A stretch of DNA of 64,000 nucleotides from Diadema antillarum (Eukaryota). Shown here one piece after another: positions 25,901 through 38,580 of this stretch; the stretch's first letter is position 1, and the number at the start of each line of letters is the position of its first letter. The stretch spans positions 62,001 to 126,000 of the forward strand of contig NW_027271606.1 in NCBI RefSeq assembly GCF_040938485.1, written 5' to 3'. A model generated the notes under the pieces. The model was given only the letters and a program-made list of their open reading frames with translations. It was not told where the DNA came from and searched no databases. Made by a program: the position numbers and the translations under genes.

Positions 25901-28900
25901 AGCTGCCAACTTGTAGTAGTAATTAGCAGTAATTTCAGCATGTGTGACTACTGCTTTTGCCTGCGTAAAATCCTGCACATTAGTAACTTTCTATGATAAA
26001 TATGCCTTGTTCCTCTATGCACAACAACCCACCATTAGTAATTTTTATAAGAATGATTGGTAGATTGTACACAGACATGTTTGCAGTTATGCATACTGAT
26101 AAGAAAATAAGAATAAGGTCAGAATGTGTCTTACAATTGAATTGTGTTCAAAAAATATTTATATATAGATATGCCATTTTTTCAAACTGCCCTGAAAATG
26201 GTAAGTGAAGTACTTCAGCATAACGAAAAACAAAATTATATAGTGATAAAGAAAACCTCATCAGACAAAGTTGCAGTGATTTCAGAAGGTTCAAATGGGG
26301 GAAAAATGGTTAACTCTATGTGTGGCAACTTCACTTTGACTCAATCAGCAGCTTGTCAACTTTGTATACTTTGCTCAACTGTACAATCACTCACAAACTG
26401 ATCAATAAAAGCCACAGTACATTGAAAGTGCCATGCTCATTGTTTTGCAGCAAAATTTACATCACAGCAAAGCTTGCAATTTTCTCTAAAACTTTGCTGT
26501 ACAGCATTTACAAGCATTAACATTTCTATTCAGATTGGTGTTTGTGTCAGATCACATATTAGCATTTTAGTTTTTCACAACATGAATGTATATCATAATG
26601 ACAGTACAGATATTAAATTATGATCTTGAGTAGATGTGAATGTACCATCTCTTTTTTTCACAGAGAGTTATCATAGTGTTGACCGATTTGCTGATCTGGA
26701 CACAGGACACAAATAGAGAAAAATTATAAAATGGGCTTTTAAATTTCTGCAATCTGATTGGTCAAATCAATTGTCATGCATTGATTTTACTGATCCACAC
26801 TGAGTCATGCGTTCAAACGCATGGCTCAAATCTTGTATAGTGTTGTAGGTGTAACGGACGCATGATGGGGAAAAAGATTGTATTTCATGAATTTATGGGC
26901 CCATTTTATAACAAATGATGCACAGGCCTATTTTGTGGATTGGTGAGAATTGGATGCTCTCGTTTAACTTTGGAACAGTCTGAAACCCACTCGCTGCATT
27001 CGTGGGTTTGTAAAAAACAGTTCCAAAGTTAAACTCACACATCCAATTCTCACCGATCCACTCTGTCCTGTGCATCATTTGTATAATGTAAGAACGCTGC
27101 AGTGTTTCCCAAAAGTGCTCAAGCATTATGGTCCTAGAATAAAGTGGCATCAGGGGGTTTACACCATGGCTCATAAAGGATTTAAAAAAGAAAACAACAA
27201 CAACAACAACTCCGGTATTTAAACAAGAGCATTGTGTAGTACGCTCAGTATATGGAGCTGAAATCACCTTCAGTAATCATCACATGCCAATTTTTATTCT
27301 GCTCTATAGAGTGCAGTCCTACATGAGCTAAGCAAACACATAGACAAGGCAGCGCCCACGGCTGAGTCCTTCTGTGTGGACCTATCAGACACGCCCATCG
27401 CCAAGGACAAGGTCCAAGTGGGAGACACCAAATACGAGGTAGATATCTAGAGACTGGGGTTTGATACTCAGTGGGTACTGATAGACTGAGTGTGTTCTGG
27501 GTTCCATTTCATAATAAAAGATGTTAGGATAGCAACTCTTGCTGGAATGGCAACTTCCAATAGCAACAGCCAATCAGGAAGCTGGATTCTTGTTGTTCCC
27601 ATGACAATTGTTGTTCCAGCAAGAGTTGCTATCATGTCAACTTTTTATGAAACGAGGCCCTGGTGAAGTCTTGCAAAGCAGTTGTGAATATAAATGCTGT
27701 TTATAGCAATATTTCCAGTTTGAAATTTTAATTTTACTTATTTTTTCACATTTTCTAGAAGAGATACACCAAGTACATGTATGACAAAATAGAATAAAAA
27801 TTGATATCCCGCTTGAATGTGCAATAAGATATTACTAGCACTGATACATAATATAACTGTCAATTTATCTAGATTTAGAATCTAAGTACATTTTCAGGTT
27901 TAGATTTAAATGTAAGGTTTTGAGTGCTTAAAGTTAGTTTCTTTGATTCTGTGGCTTTTCATTCCCTGATCGTCACCAAGAAGATCAATCGGCAAAGTTC
28001 AAAAGTTCGTGGAAATTGAGTCACTGATTTGTAAACATGTGGGAAAGCGTAGGATCATAACTTTTGTATTCAAAGTCCGAGTTCGATGACTCAGCCTCTA
28101 CGGTTCTTTTTTCATCCAAACTTCTGACCTGCATATGTGACCCTGCAAAACCAGCAAAAAGTCACCAGACATGAACTTTTTGTTAAAGGCAGATTCTGAA
28201 AGAGCAGACTTTAAGTTTTTGATAGTGATGTATAACTCAAGTCAAATGGATTCTTTGAACCTATCTTAATATTATAGAGAAAACAAACACTGTGAAACAA
28301 AGAAAAGAGGCTCTGATGAACTTAGGGGTCTGTTCAACAGCTTAATCTTAATACCAAGCTGTGTTCTTTGCAACGAATGGGACAAATACAGGATGTACAA
28401 CTTCCTAGCAACAGCAAAGAAGGGATTATCAGATTAAGTTCAAATTGAGCATGCTTACTTAGCACATTGTATCCATGACTAGTACCAACTTTAAAAGCAA
28501 ACAACAGAAAATTTATTGGCTACAACTGTACACCTCAAAACAGCAAGCCCTCTTTGCTCAATCTCAACAAAGTGCTGTATACATACATGCTCTCATGCAA
28601 AATTTATACCTGCATTATTAAAACATAAAACCAAAGTATTATGAAGAACTGCTGCAGTATAACAAAATCTATCTTAAATTCACAAAAAGTCATTCTGCAT
28701 ACCTGATGACTTGCTACTTGGTCACATCGAAGATGAGTGAAGTTGAATCTGCATCCACACTCTTCCCTCTCAGCCCATGGGACTAGCCAATATGCCACTT
28801 GTAGAACCCTAAAACTGACTCACTTGATGAAATTATTTCACTCCTCATCCCTACAGTGGTCTTTCAACAGGAGTGATCTCTATTAAAATTGGCCTACCCA

Positions 28901-31900
28901 CACTTGTTCACAATCATTCATATTTCTCAACCTACAAAATCATCTGTATTGAATTGGCCGCACCCCACATATTCACACTTGTTTAAACACAATCAAAAGA
29001 ATTATCTGTATAGTTTGAGACTGCTGCAGGATTTCAACTACAGGACTCCATTGGGGGAACAAAAACTACTGAGTAAAAGGTCTCATTATCTACCATGTAC
29101 TAGGTTGCCATCACAGTGCATGCCAACCCACAAAAAGTACTTCTGAATTATGTGTCTAATTACCGTAAAGTTCCGTATATAAGACGCACCCGTGTATAAG
29201 ACGCACCCTTACTTTCGGACCTAAAATTTAAAAAAAAAAAAAAAAAACACAAAAATTTCCACGCAAATATTGCGTGTGTCATACATATTATTTCGTCTCA
29301 AAATTTCCCTAGAATGCAGCATGTATTTGCTCTATTTTTCGTTTCCTTTTATATTTTCTTTTAACGGTATTCATCGGACATCGGCAAAATATGGAAGTCG
29401 CAAAATGCGAGACTTGTCTCGGTACTCACTTGCTATTGTTTTGCCTTTCAATCGTGGTACATGTGTCATGCATATCGTACTCACGAGTGTACAGTACGAT
29501 CTTTGCTGTCATGATAGCAGAGGGTCCCGCATATTGACGCATGTCAGACTGGAAGGTTCATTACGAAAAATAAGAAAAACATCAACAAGTGTAGCAGAGG
29601 GATCATACGGCAAGACGTACGGTGCGTACGGTAGTACACTCATGCACTACCAGTAACGTGTGTCTCTTGTACCATGCTTGTATGCACAGGCACAGTGCTA
29701 GCCTTTTGCAAAAGGCAGCTCGCTATAATTTCAGCACACGCACACAGAGAGCAATGGACTTGCACACACAGCGCGCAACGGGCAAGCGCACTTTGATCCG
29801 ATCGCTGTGTGCACGCGAGTCCATTGCAAAAGCCTCTCTGCAGCTGCTGCCTTTGCCAAAGGCTTGCTAGCTAGCTACAGTGTAGCTATGCTATCCTAGC
29901 TGGCCTCGTGAAATGAAGAGCAAACGAATGACGTGGATATGCATGCATGCTTCACACATCGTTCGTATTTGCGGTGACATAGTGTCGATCCTGTGGCCAT
30001 ATTGATACTAGTACATTGATAAGTTTTACGGTATCGGTAATTTAGTAATGATACCTGTACATCGCGTATTCCAGCTACTAGGTTGGCTGTTGGTAGCTTG
30101 GTAGACTGACATCGGTAGCATACAGCAGTGCTGTTACAGCTGTTGTCTATGGCCAGATTGATACATCGTTACTGCACAAGGCCGATGTAAGTTTATCTCG
30201 TACTTGCAGCTTTTGTGTGTGTCCAGATTGAAAGATCGCTAATTTATCCGTAAGTTTTAGTGATTGCTTACCTTCCAAACGTCGATGGGCATACATGGCC
30301 CCAAGTTGGCCTTATAAAATTGGGTGTACATGACGAATTTTTTTCCGTGATTCGACTGTACCCGTGTATACGACGCACCCCCGATTTTCAACGTTTTCCG
30401 ACGAAAAAATAGTGCGTCTTATACACGGAACTTTACGGTACCTACTATATGCCAGGTTGCAATCACAATACATGCCAAGCACAAAAAAAAGTACTGCTGA
30501 ATTATGTGTCTAATTACCTGCCATATACTCAGTTGCACTCATAATGTATGCCACCTGAACAAAAAGGGGGTTTCACCAAATTCAAACAATATAACAACTC
30601 AGGGGAACCAGCAGCTTGCCACACCCCATTCTTTAGAGTTTATTGCTCCCTTGCCTCACTGTTTGTCAATGCTACAATGTACTGTGTATACTCAAAACAA
30701 CTAAAGGAATTTTCAGGGGCACTGCAAACTCAGTTGTCTCCTACAAAAACAATTAAGCCAGGAAAATCTGTTCCCCAACAGTAGCATCATCTTTTCAAAA
30801 ATTATTTGTAAAGAGTGAAGTGAAGTTATTAGTTAAGAAAGTGAAAAGGTTTTTTGAGAAATAAAAGGGGACCTTTAAGACATAAAAAAGCACACCATAC
30901 TACAAACAAAAGTGTTCAGGAAAAACTGCTTAAAACACAATTTCCCATTTTTAATGATCCCAAACTTTGGATAGTGTAGAAGAATTGCTCTTTCAGAAAA
31001 TATAAAAAACTCGTTTGTAAGATTGACTAGGTCGACCTGTTTCACCTTTCTTGAGTCCTCATGTAAAATTGAGATGTGCAACTTTTAGTTGATTTTATCA
31101 TGGATGGTCACGTATAGGCCTTCTCCATTCACTGAAGCTACATGTATGTTTAGGGGAAATCTCCCTGTCATAATAATAATCAAATCATGCACTCACCTAA
31201 GAATCCATGATTTTAGCTGGTACCTGGAAAAGAGTGCATGGTATATTTGATTCATATCCTACATCATGAAATGTACACTAAAAAAATGATAATGATAATG
31301 TGTAGGCCTACTATAAAAAAAAAATACTTTTTATACCCCCGCCAAACGAAGTTTGAAGGGGGTATATAGGAATCAGCGGACGGTCGGGCGGTCGGGCGGT
31401 CGGTCCGTTGCAAATCTTGCGTCGCGAACTACTTCCTCAGTTTTCAACCGATTCCCATAAAACTTGGCACAGATGTGTGCCTTGGGTTGTAGATGTGCAA
31501 GACGTATTTTTTGACAGTACCCAAAAGTACGTTGCCATGGTAACGGCATATTATGGGCAAAAATGGGTACAAATCTTGCGTCGCGAACTCCTCCCACAGT
31601 TTTTGATCAATTTTTATGAAATTAGGTACAGATATTCATCTGAATATGTTAATGTGCAAGACACATATTTCTGCAGTGGCAAAAAGTGTGTTGCCATGGT
31701 AACGGCATGTTATTGGTAAAATATAGGGCAAAATGCTTCATGGCAAAACTGCTTCATCAGTGTTCTTCCAATTCTCATGGAATTCATATTGAATGTTTGT
31801 CTTAGGATATAGGTCAGCATGACACATTTCTTGACAGTGACAAAAAGTATGTTGCCATGGTAACAGCTCACATATTATGAGCCAAAATGATGGAAAATTT

Positions 31901-33983
31901 TGTGTTGCAAACTACTTCCTCAGTTTTTGCCCAATTTCCATGAAACTTGGTACAGATGTGTGCCTTTGGTTGTAGATGTGCAAGACGCATTTTTCGACAG
32001 TACCCAAAAGTACGTTGCCATGGTAACGGCATATTAATGGCAGAAGATCAAGGAAAGATCTTGCGGATTTAACTACTTCCTCAGTTTTTTGACCAAAGCT
32101 TATGAAATGTTGTTTTGACCAAAGCTTATGAAATGTTGTTTGGCGGGGGTATAACCAGTCACTGTAGCGACATTTCTAGTTTGTAATGCAGTGGGTAATT
32201 AGTGGCCAACCAGCCGTCTGCTGCTCAGCTGCTGCACACACTTCATGCATGGTGCATGTACAAATGAAAATGAGTGCTGTTGCAGAGCAGGCGCTTGCTT
32301 TGCCGCTGCTCAGCATCATCGTGTTTGCGATTCACTTTGTCGGGACACTGAAAGCTAACGACCCCGTTATTGCCAAACAATGACATCAAAATCTTGGTGT
32401 GGCAGTCAATATCTCGAGGCTTACATCACGCCACATCCACTTTTATTCATGGCGAGATTATGTTCAGTCACGTGAGAAGTTTGATACCAATCATAGTTTG
32501 AGAATTTCAGGATGTACAATAATGATATTAATTTTTTGTGCATTTGCATTGCATTGAAGGGAAAGTTGAATGTCTATGTTTTTAACACCTACATGTACTT
32601 GCATTTCCTACCTGACAGAAGCGTAGAGAGACCAAGTTCTTAGAAGTGGAGGACACGTACCTAGACAGGTAACTATCATTCAACACAGCAGAATAGATAT
32701 TACCTTATGATGGCACAAAGGAAGCAAGTGACACATTGTATGATTCTGTATTAATGCTGTCTTGACATTGGACAAGTGTAACATTCTGTATACCATGCCA
32801 TTTGGGTCGTGCAAACATGATATTTTGCAAATTGAGACAATGGAATAAGAATTGACTTATTATCTCATTTAAGCAGAAAAGTTGCCTATTTCTAATTTGT
32901 GAGATGATTATTTCTTGTGCCTACAATGTATGATACATGAAGCAGTATTTTGGGGTGCTGTCAATTTCCCAAAAATCAGTCACCCAGTGAGAAACATAAA
33001 GCCACTGTGACAAAGATGTACAGATGCTACTTTGATAACTAGTCTGTGCACTCATCCTACTGAGAGAGTGAAGGAACATATAGCACAGATGTAGTAACAT
33101 GTGCTTCTTTTCCATTAAGCAGAAATAAGGCTCGTGTCGCTTGCTTCATCTTTGGTTAAAGGAGGGTGTAGATTGATTAGAGTACTAGTGTGTTCCTTTG
33201 TAGAGGGGCAGATTCTTTCACAGCCAGGGAGTTCATTCATTAGGGCAGGAAAGATGTTTGTCCATGCAGCATGCACCCAAAGCACATCTAAATGTTTTAT
33301 GCCTCATTGCCCTGAACTGAACATTCACTGAGGCGATGACAAATGCTGTCATGTGGAGAACAAACTCTATATTCTGCCTTAAAATATATTTCATAAAGGT
33401 GCTAATACCATAATACTTCACAAATTGGGACTTTCATGAATCAGGAGCCACAGCTACAGATTGCCAAATACCTGCTGTCCCTCATCAGGATTCACAGGAA
33501 ATCTAGCAATTTTCCCCTTTGAAGATCTCACATACCTAACATTTCTGGTAATAAGAGGACAACACTTGTTTTGAGAATATCTGTTTTCTCAAAGTGAAAA
33601 ACACCAATGCGATTGGCATTGCTGCTGTGTTTATGTTATTGTATGTTATGTTATGTTATCTTATGTTATATTCTGTTATGTTAAATTAAGACTTTATTCA
33701 TATTAAATAAAGGCTAGCAAGATTGCACTTTAAAGGGCCTTATCCACCCTGTATGCTGATGCAATATTCTGTCTTTCATTTCTGCATGTCACCCCCAAGG
33801 TACATCTTCATCAGTTCAGACAAGAAAGAGCGAGGGCGCAAGACCAGTCTCTACCAGCAGATCTTCAAGGTCCTCGCCACGACGGAAAACGAAGTCTGTC
33901 TCTTCCCGGAGGAGGTCGACACCAAAATTTGCCAGGAGATCGCTTACTGCTTTGCCAACTACAGACACCCGTCGGCCAGATAG
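9520..33983 (+). CDS. Divergent adenylate/NMP-kinase-like protein, 5'-partial gene (7 coding exons in window, 319 aa)
   Basis: Seven GT-AG exons join in phase (960 nt, ending TAG 33981-33983). The translation follows AK topology: LEWIFQILADFI (NMP-binding helix), YLIDIVPN (equivalent of FLIDGFPR), FALNLAI strand, QSDEAD (equivalent of RxDD), LLYQNSVKAWLNYF, LVTVD. No P-loop exon was found in 1-9519, so the start is probably left of the window. Confidence 0.8.
10404..10782. mobile_element. Kolobok-like ~380 bp palindromic MITE; further copies at 23784-24174 and 59381-59771
   Basis: TTAA TSD; TIR AAGGGATGGTATAGTTTTGGTTGAGATGGAG (imperfect); long internal inverted symmetry (GAAATGGC(T)GAGATATCC / GGATATCTCAGCCATTT). 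Confidence 0.8.
11443..11577. mobile_element. Short Harbinger-like MITE with CTG TSD; related CWG-flanked MITEs at 27500-27659, 48173-48289 and ~50328-50492
   Basis: CTG|GG....TTTCAT/TTTTAT ... ATGAAAC..CC|CTG arrangement read directly at each locus; the right end at 50328 is degenerate. Confidence 0.7.
15411..16034. mobile_element. Probable Kolobok-like non-autonomous element, ~620 bp, CpG-rich core
   Basis: TTAA both ends; degenerate ~33 bp TIR (TTAAAGTGTATCTGTACACAGAAATTTAG versus TTAAAGGGAATCTCTCCCCTAAAATTTAA). Confidence 0.5.
16330..16850 (-). mobile_element. Possible ancient I/Nimb-clade LINE relic
   Basis: Stop-ridden frames contain IQDEFLKIRGAYKFT, TPPW and RYIDGK, in the order expected for the post-RT region leading into RNase H (IYTDGSK); motif recall only. 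Confidence 0.3.
17162..19000 (+). repeat. Left-arm modular array of (CA)GTACCACAG(GA) 11-13-mers with higher-order units
   Basis: Three ~95 bp units, then ~1.3 kb of 13-mers punctuated by CGACTTGTCCTGTGGTATTTTGGGACG. Confidence 0.95.
19742..20205 (-). repeat. Right-arm modular array (reverse complement of left-arm modules)
   Basis: CTGTGGTAC repeats punctuated by GTCCCAAAATACCACAGGA. Confidence 0.95.
20403..20623. mobile_element. ~215 bp Tc1/mariner-like MITE (TA-CTGTAAAAGTGG termini); copies at 62726-62938, 45763-45975 (reversed) and ~6474-6661 (partial)
   Basis: TACTGT(A/G)AAAGTGGA ... TCCACTTTTACAGTA; shared interior GCTAGCGCGAAAATAAAAGCACGCAAATATTTT. Confidence 0.8.
22931..22960. repeat. 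Poly-C tract (30 nt)
   Basis: Direct read. Confidence 0.9.
23576..23713 (+). CDS. AK-like exon (YPSYFALN...DSSRLA)
   Basis: Long polypyrimidine tract + cag, GCG|gtgaga donor, 138 nt, phase 0/0. Confidence 0.9.
24577..24769 (+). CDS. AK-like exon (RRNLLYQN...VVLFAF)
   Basis: aaacag acceptor, G|gtgagc donor, 193 nt, phase 0/1. Confidence 0.9.
25776..25867 (+). CDS. AK-like exon (NYDYSTID...PDMSV)
   Basis: ctcatcacag acceptor, GTG|gtgagt donor, 92 nt, phase 1/0. Confidence 0.88.
26907..27086. mobile_element. ~180 bp palindromic element, Crypton-like
   Basis: TTATAACAAATGATGCACAGG...CCTGTGCATCATTTGTATAA with internal mirrored blocks and a central CCCACTCGCTGCATTCGTGGG; no obvious TSD. Confidence 0.55.
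27310..27438 (+). CDS. AK-like exon (SAVLHELS...DTKYE)
   Basis: ctctatag acceptor, GAG|gtagat donor, 129 nt, phase 0/0, codon-like GC composition. Confidence 0.85.
29163..30438. mobile_element. 1276 bp non-autonomous Tc1/mariner (Tc2/pogo-like) element
   Basis: TA TSD; TIR CCGTAAAGTTCCGT(A/G)TATAAGACGCAC at both ends; CpG-rich; no transposase ORF. Confidence 0.85.
31328..32182 (+). mobile_element. Helentron-associated non-autonomous element (HINE / DINE-1-like) with an internal ~160 bp tandem repeat
   Basis: Perfect 17-bp subTIR TTATACCCCCGCCAAAC (31331-47) / GTTTGGCGGGGGTATAA (32138-54); 5' hairpin with GGGGGTATA; CGGT/GGGC microsatellite; 3' imperfect hairpin GTCACTGTAGCGAC; T-run boundaries. 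Confidence 0.85.
32619..32668 (+). CDS. AK-like exon (KRRETKFLEVEDTYLD)
   Basis: cctgacag acceptor, AG|gtaact donor, 50 nt, phase 0/2; bridges the flanking exons in frame. Confidence 0.82.
33800..33983 (+). CDS. AK-like terminal coding exon (YIFISSDK...HPSAR*)
   Basis: cccccaag acceptor, phase 2 start, TAG stop. Confidence 0.85.
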
Positions 33984-36892
33984 AAACCACCTCCACCACA
34001 AGGAGTGGGGGGACATGAAAGACCAAAAAGAAGAAGAAAAGAAAAAGAGGAAGAGCCAAGAAAGGGAAAAATAGTTTTATAATTCCAGCGAAGACAATTC
34101 AATGCATAAATGTTGTTGCTTTCTCTTTCTCATAATTTCTGCTTCAAGCAGCAGCCGGACCAAAAGTATGCCAAAGTGTAAGCCGTGAGCAGACAATGGA
34201 TTCTGTAGCAGAGGATATGTTCTCCTCCATTTATATTCCTGTCCAGAAAAAGTAAACCACAAAACAAAAGGAGCAATATACAGTAGAAGCCCCCAAAACC
34301 AACAGCAGTGTGAAACAGGCTTAATTATCAGCCAGTCACGAAATATTCCAGTAAGTAGCTGAAAGATATGTTTGATCCCTCTTCTGGTATGACATGTTGA
34401 AAATTTTTCTTCTCCGGTTCTTAGATCAATCAGACAGAAATGCATAACCTTCTTTTTCTTTGATCATAGAATATATGCAATGGGACGATCATGTCTGTAG
34501 AGTGGCCATTAACACTCCACGTCATGTTAGAATGACCTTTGACCTTTGATCCCATCAATATGAGAGTGAGCAATGCAACTGCAGTCACTTCAAAAACATG
34601 AGGCTCCCTCCACACCCCTCCCCCCCCCCCCCAGGAAAAAAAAAAAATGTTGGACTTCACATGATAAAACCAGATGTATGTACATGAAAGTAAATTGTTG
34701 AAGGCCTTATCATTCAATTGCCTGTTCCTTCAAACTATCTACAAGGTTAAATGGTTTTAGCTTTTCTGAGCTAGACTTTGTTGCAGGCTGTAAATACGTT
34801 TGTGTGTTAGCATTTTTTTTTTTCACCCAAGTATTGAAATTGAAATTGCAGTTTCTTTGGTTAATGTTTCAATAAGAAAATAACGAAATTGCAAATATTA
34901 CTCTGAAATATCTGGAAAATAAAACACAAAGATGTTAACGCAGTGCAACTGAAATAGGTGTACATTTGTGACTTGATACACTTTGCTCATGGTGTTGTTT
35001 TAGATGTCGGTTCACTCTAGTAAAAAAAAAAAAGGCAAAAACAAAAACAAATGTAAGAATAGGTTGGGTCACATGATGATGAATCTCATACATCAAGATT
35101 TGGATCTTGTTTTCTATATGTGTTTGATACTCAAAAGTTGTTCATTTTAGTAATAGACGTGATTTGTGTATGTTTTGGCCAATATGTGGCCCACTTTCTC
35201 ATATTTTCATGACATTTGACTGAATAAGGTGCCATGTTCATCTCCAGAAATGGTTTACTGAATTATTTTGGCCACAGTATACGTTGTGGATTTCTCCGCT
35301 TAAGTCACAAATTTGATATTGAGAAATTTGGCACAAGTATTAGCACAGTATTAGATGACGATGAGACCTGTTTATATTCTGATATTAAATTTGCTATGTT
35401 TGCAAGGATGTAAGTACTGTCATTTTATTACTTTACACTGCACAGATTCATACAAGCTCAATTGGTGACATCACAAAGGTTGCTAGATTTGGGTGGCATT
35501 ATTAGCGAATAAAATTTTCTATGAAGTGCACAGTCCACAGATTGGGCCCAATGCAGGACTGTACGTACAGTGTATGTACATCCATTATGGCCCTTTTCTC
35601 TACATGAGAGGCTTTTGGAAGCTCTTGCCCATTGTACATTGATGTTTAGTGTGAAAAAAAGAAACTCACTAGACATTTTGCGGCACTTGCTTGATGCATT
35701 GAAGCCACTTATAAGCTTGTAAAAACAAAGTTTCCGGATACCTGGATTACGTCTGTACATATTTGACTGTTGATGGATCTGGATCGTGTTTCCTGTTAGT
35801 CATTTATTTTTTTCTTCAGTGTGCATGGAATGGGGTACAAGGTGACTGTGGTATGGTAGGCAAAATTTGCCTTTTTATAATTGTACATATCTGGATGTGT
35901 TGATATAAACAATAATTACCTTCTATTGATTCAATACGTTATATACATAACAGATATATATACAAAGAGTTGACCATTTCATTCATTTTCAGAGATGTGT
36001 TGCAATCATATATGAAATGATACGGTGTATATAGCTTTTGTACAGTTTGACAGTTTGTGTTATTAGAATTTGCCAAGTTACAAAATTTGATATGATTCAT
36101 TTATTTGTGATTCACATTTCACCTACAGTATATTTTACATTTTCTATACAGTTACAGACAAAACTATTCTTTGTCCACGTAGTATTATAATGTCCAGCTG
36201 TGTGACGTGTGTCTAGAGTGACAGTAACCATGGCAACACGCCCAAAGTGTGAGGTCAAAGCACGCAAAGACTAGAAGTAGCAGTCCTTCTTTTCTAACCT
36301 GTGTGAAAAGCCCATTACAACAATTCATGAATGCTCAGCATAAGGCTTGTGTTAAATGTTTGTTTATACCAGACAAAAACAAACATGGCAGAGGTTCTCA
36401 TCACATTCTCATTGTTAAAGTTTGTGTGTGTCTTTTGCAACCCTGAAAATTAGATTCCTTTCATATTGTAGTAGGAGGTAATTCAGACGTTTCCTCAGAA
36501 TAATAAAACTGGAAACTTCTTTATTATGGAGGAAAACAATACTATAGATTTCCAGTCAATTCATTTGGACCTTGAAAAAATTCCAACCATTATTCTCGGT
36601 ACAAAAGGGGAGTGTATTCCCGAGTGACATGGGATTAGTTTTTTCCATTAAAAAAAACAACAAATATTCAGTGTATAGGCATAAGATTTCAAATACAATG
36701 TTGAGAGACATTATTTGTCAACAGTGCATAATTTTGTAAAATTTGCAAATTGGATATACCATCTTTAAAGAAATAGAGAATTCAAACAACACATTCGGCA
36801 CTGAAGATTATTAAAGTAGAATTTCTTTGAGATGAAAGGTCATCAGTAAGATTAAGTAGCACTACACACTCTAATTGATAGCACCCCCATAA

Positions 36893-36924
<32 letters not shown>

Positions 36925-36930
36925 ACACAC
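36893..36930. repeat. (CA)n microsatellite in the presumed 3' UTR
   Basis: Direct read. Confidence 0.9.
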
Positions 36931-38580
36931 AAATAAGTAGCAATTCTGATGCAGTGTCCAAAAACACACATAATATTGTATGTTGTGTTCCAAGTTTACC
37001 TGGTCCAATATGATCTATGGCAATCTACTAGTATCTTCTCCTTCTTTCAGGTTTTTGATAACCAGTCAAGTTCCATCACATCTGCAAAATGTCTGTCTTT
37101 CTTTCTTTTTTCTAGGTTTGAAAGTAAACACACTACTGGGTACTAGACGATAGTGAGTAAAGAATTTCTGGCCACTGAGATGTTTCTCGTATTCAAGAAA
37201 GGAAAGGTGTTATATTTGCTGCTGAGAGTGAAATGGGGGAAAATGTGCATTTCTCTTTTTGTAATGTACACGTGTATATACTGTAACTGTGAGTGAAATA
37301 AGAGGAGAGACATACTGATGTTCATGTGTGTTTCTATTGACCAAATATTTTACTAAGATGCATTTGCCATAAACTGTAATGTAAACTTGTATCATGTTAT
37401 GATTTTAAATATTTATCTGTACCAGGATATTTTAGTGTACAAAAATTGTATGTTCAGCATTTTGTCTTGTTGCAATCATTATTTTGTGTGCATACGTTTA
37501 CTATTAATGTGGTTTGTCTATGCAATGTACTAGTAACATGTATTGCTTTAAAACAAGCATCATTCTTTGTCAGTCCCATGCCCAGGATTTAAAGAATATG
37601 CGCAACACAGACAGACTGACAGCGCTACGTACAGCTTGCTTTATGAATTTTACATTCAGAGGTGCCCTATGAATTAAACCTACTTGAATTTGTAACTAAG
37701 ATGAATTCATGTCCCTGGCACAAAAAGAGTGCACAAAAATACAGAAATACTGCACTAGTATGGATGTTGTACCTTCTGGAGACTATATAGCAACCACTGA
37801 TTGACAGTTGGAAGAAGTGTTGACATGAGTAGAGACAAATTCTTGTACAGTGACATGGATTGCTGAAAAACTTTGCATTAGTGAAGTTTCCTAGGAAATC
37901 GGTTAACCAAAGAGCATCAAACAAAAGATTTTGAACTGCAAATATTTATAACTAAATGTTTGACGTACATATAATGAAGAAATATACCACTTAATAGCAG
38001 TAAGAGGGACAAAAAAAAAGTAAAGATTCATCTGCTGTTTAGTCCAATGGTACAAACGCTATAGACTTTATGGCAGATCTTCTAATCATTCAGTGGGGTA
38101 TCCTATACACAATGCACTGTTTAAAATGGGGTTATCAAATGTTTCCATTATACAATGTGGTGTAAATGTATGAAGCTCTGAAACAGTCATGTGTAGCTTC
38201 TGTGTGTCTGCTTGTGTGTGTTTATGTGAGCATCTTTATTTAATATTTGCTTTTTAAAGGTTTGAAACTGTATTTTAATGCGCTGTGTGAGTTTGTATTC
38301 AACTGTATGAACATGTGGACAAGAAGCTTACAAAGAGGCAAATCTCGGTAACATATCAACATCTGGATGACGCAGCAGGCTACTCTTTTAATTGGAAAAT
38401 AAGAATAAGTGTCTAATATCAGGGAGCAGAATAGGGTACATTATGTTCACATTTTAAATGTACCTTTTGTTGTGTTTCATTTTGTATTGCTCCATTTCTG
38501 GCTCATATTAACAAATTTCAGTTGTTTGACACTTCAATCTAATTTACATGCTGCCAGCCGAAGGTTTTGATGCTTTTTCA

